From the NCBI GenBank assembly GCA_963783575.1, contig CAWAOD010000003.1:128001-192000 (forward strand): a stretch of 64,000 bases of DNA, in the 5' to 3' direction. Made by a program: the position numbers and the translations under genes. The notes beneath the pieces are model-generated. The model saw only the letters and a list, made by a program, of their open reading frames with translations, did no database searches and was not told the DNA's origin. Source of the stretch: an uncultured Spirochaetota bacterium (GTDB lineage: Bacteria; Spirochaetota; Brevinematia; Brevinematales; JAOACQ01). Of the stretch, positions 63,449 to 64,000 are shown in pieces; position 1 is the stretch's first letter, and each line of letters starts with the position of its first letter.

Positions 63449-64000
63449 AAGAGGATAGTTCATTATGAATAGATGTATTTTATTCTCCCGAATTTTATCT
63501 TTTAATATTATAATTCTTTATTCATGCTCGTATGTCTGGGCTGCTTCAGCTGATAATTTCATCCGATTTCTTCCCGAATCGAATCTATAGCGGCTTTCCG
63601 GACTGGAATCACTAACGAATACTTCCTTGTTTTGGGAACAAATCTGTCAATAATGAGATATAGTTTCCAACCGAAATAATCTGGATAAATTATGAAATTG
63701 ATTCCGGAAATAATGACTTCAAAAAGCAAAAACCCTTCACACTGATATCGTCAATATTCAATATCCTCAACATATCAAATTTTATTTGATTAAAGACTTT
63801 TTTGACAGAATCAACGTTAGTATATAAACTTTACAAACTGAAATTTGAAAATCAAAACCCGATTTTTAAAGAAATAATATTCCAAATTCCGGAGGATTAA
63901 TTTGTTTAAAAAATGGATTTTTTTATTCGCCGTTATACTTATTAATACCGGTTTTTCTAATTATTCACATGGAATAAAAGCTGATAGCATTAATATTGAA

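Noticed and set aside
63520..63780. Possible small minus-strand gene near the window end
   Set aside because: Only broken short frames, with no RBS or recognisable family.

Overview
AT-rich bacterial chromosomal window; the gene content (long PPi-PFK, LIC_10190-like protein, PilZ flagellar-brake protein, lipoproteins) suggests a spirochaete-like organism, which is inference only. The backbone is housekeeping and envelope genes (SLT, acyl-CoA ligase, truB, accA, pfp, ilvD, hisS, murD, glycosylation genes, a diguanylate cyclase, a PadR-nitroreductase-flavodoxin operon). The main accessory locus is a complete type I-C CRISPR-Cas system (cas3-cas5-cas8c[+internal cas11]-cas7-cas4-cas1-cas2; 21 perfect repeats, 21 spacers). 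It is preceded by a truncated DUF6429 gene and a SWIM zinc-finger gene, has a GIY-YIG nuclease inserted between cas4 and cas1, and is punctuated by several classes of palindromic elements. Features missed by the ORF track include a yjdF riboswitch, a probable 6S RNA, a 67-aa membrane gene with an apparent ATC start, a 149-bp MITE, and a four-copy three-hairpin element whose stems covary while loops are conserved. Seven to eight genes are split by single-base indels in homopolymer runs, most likely sequencing error.
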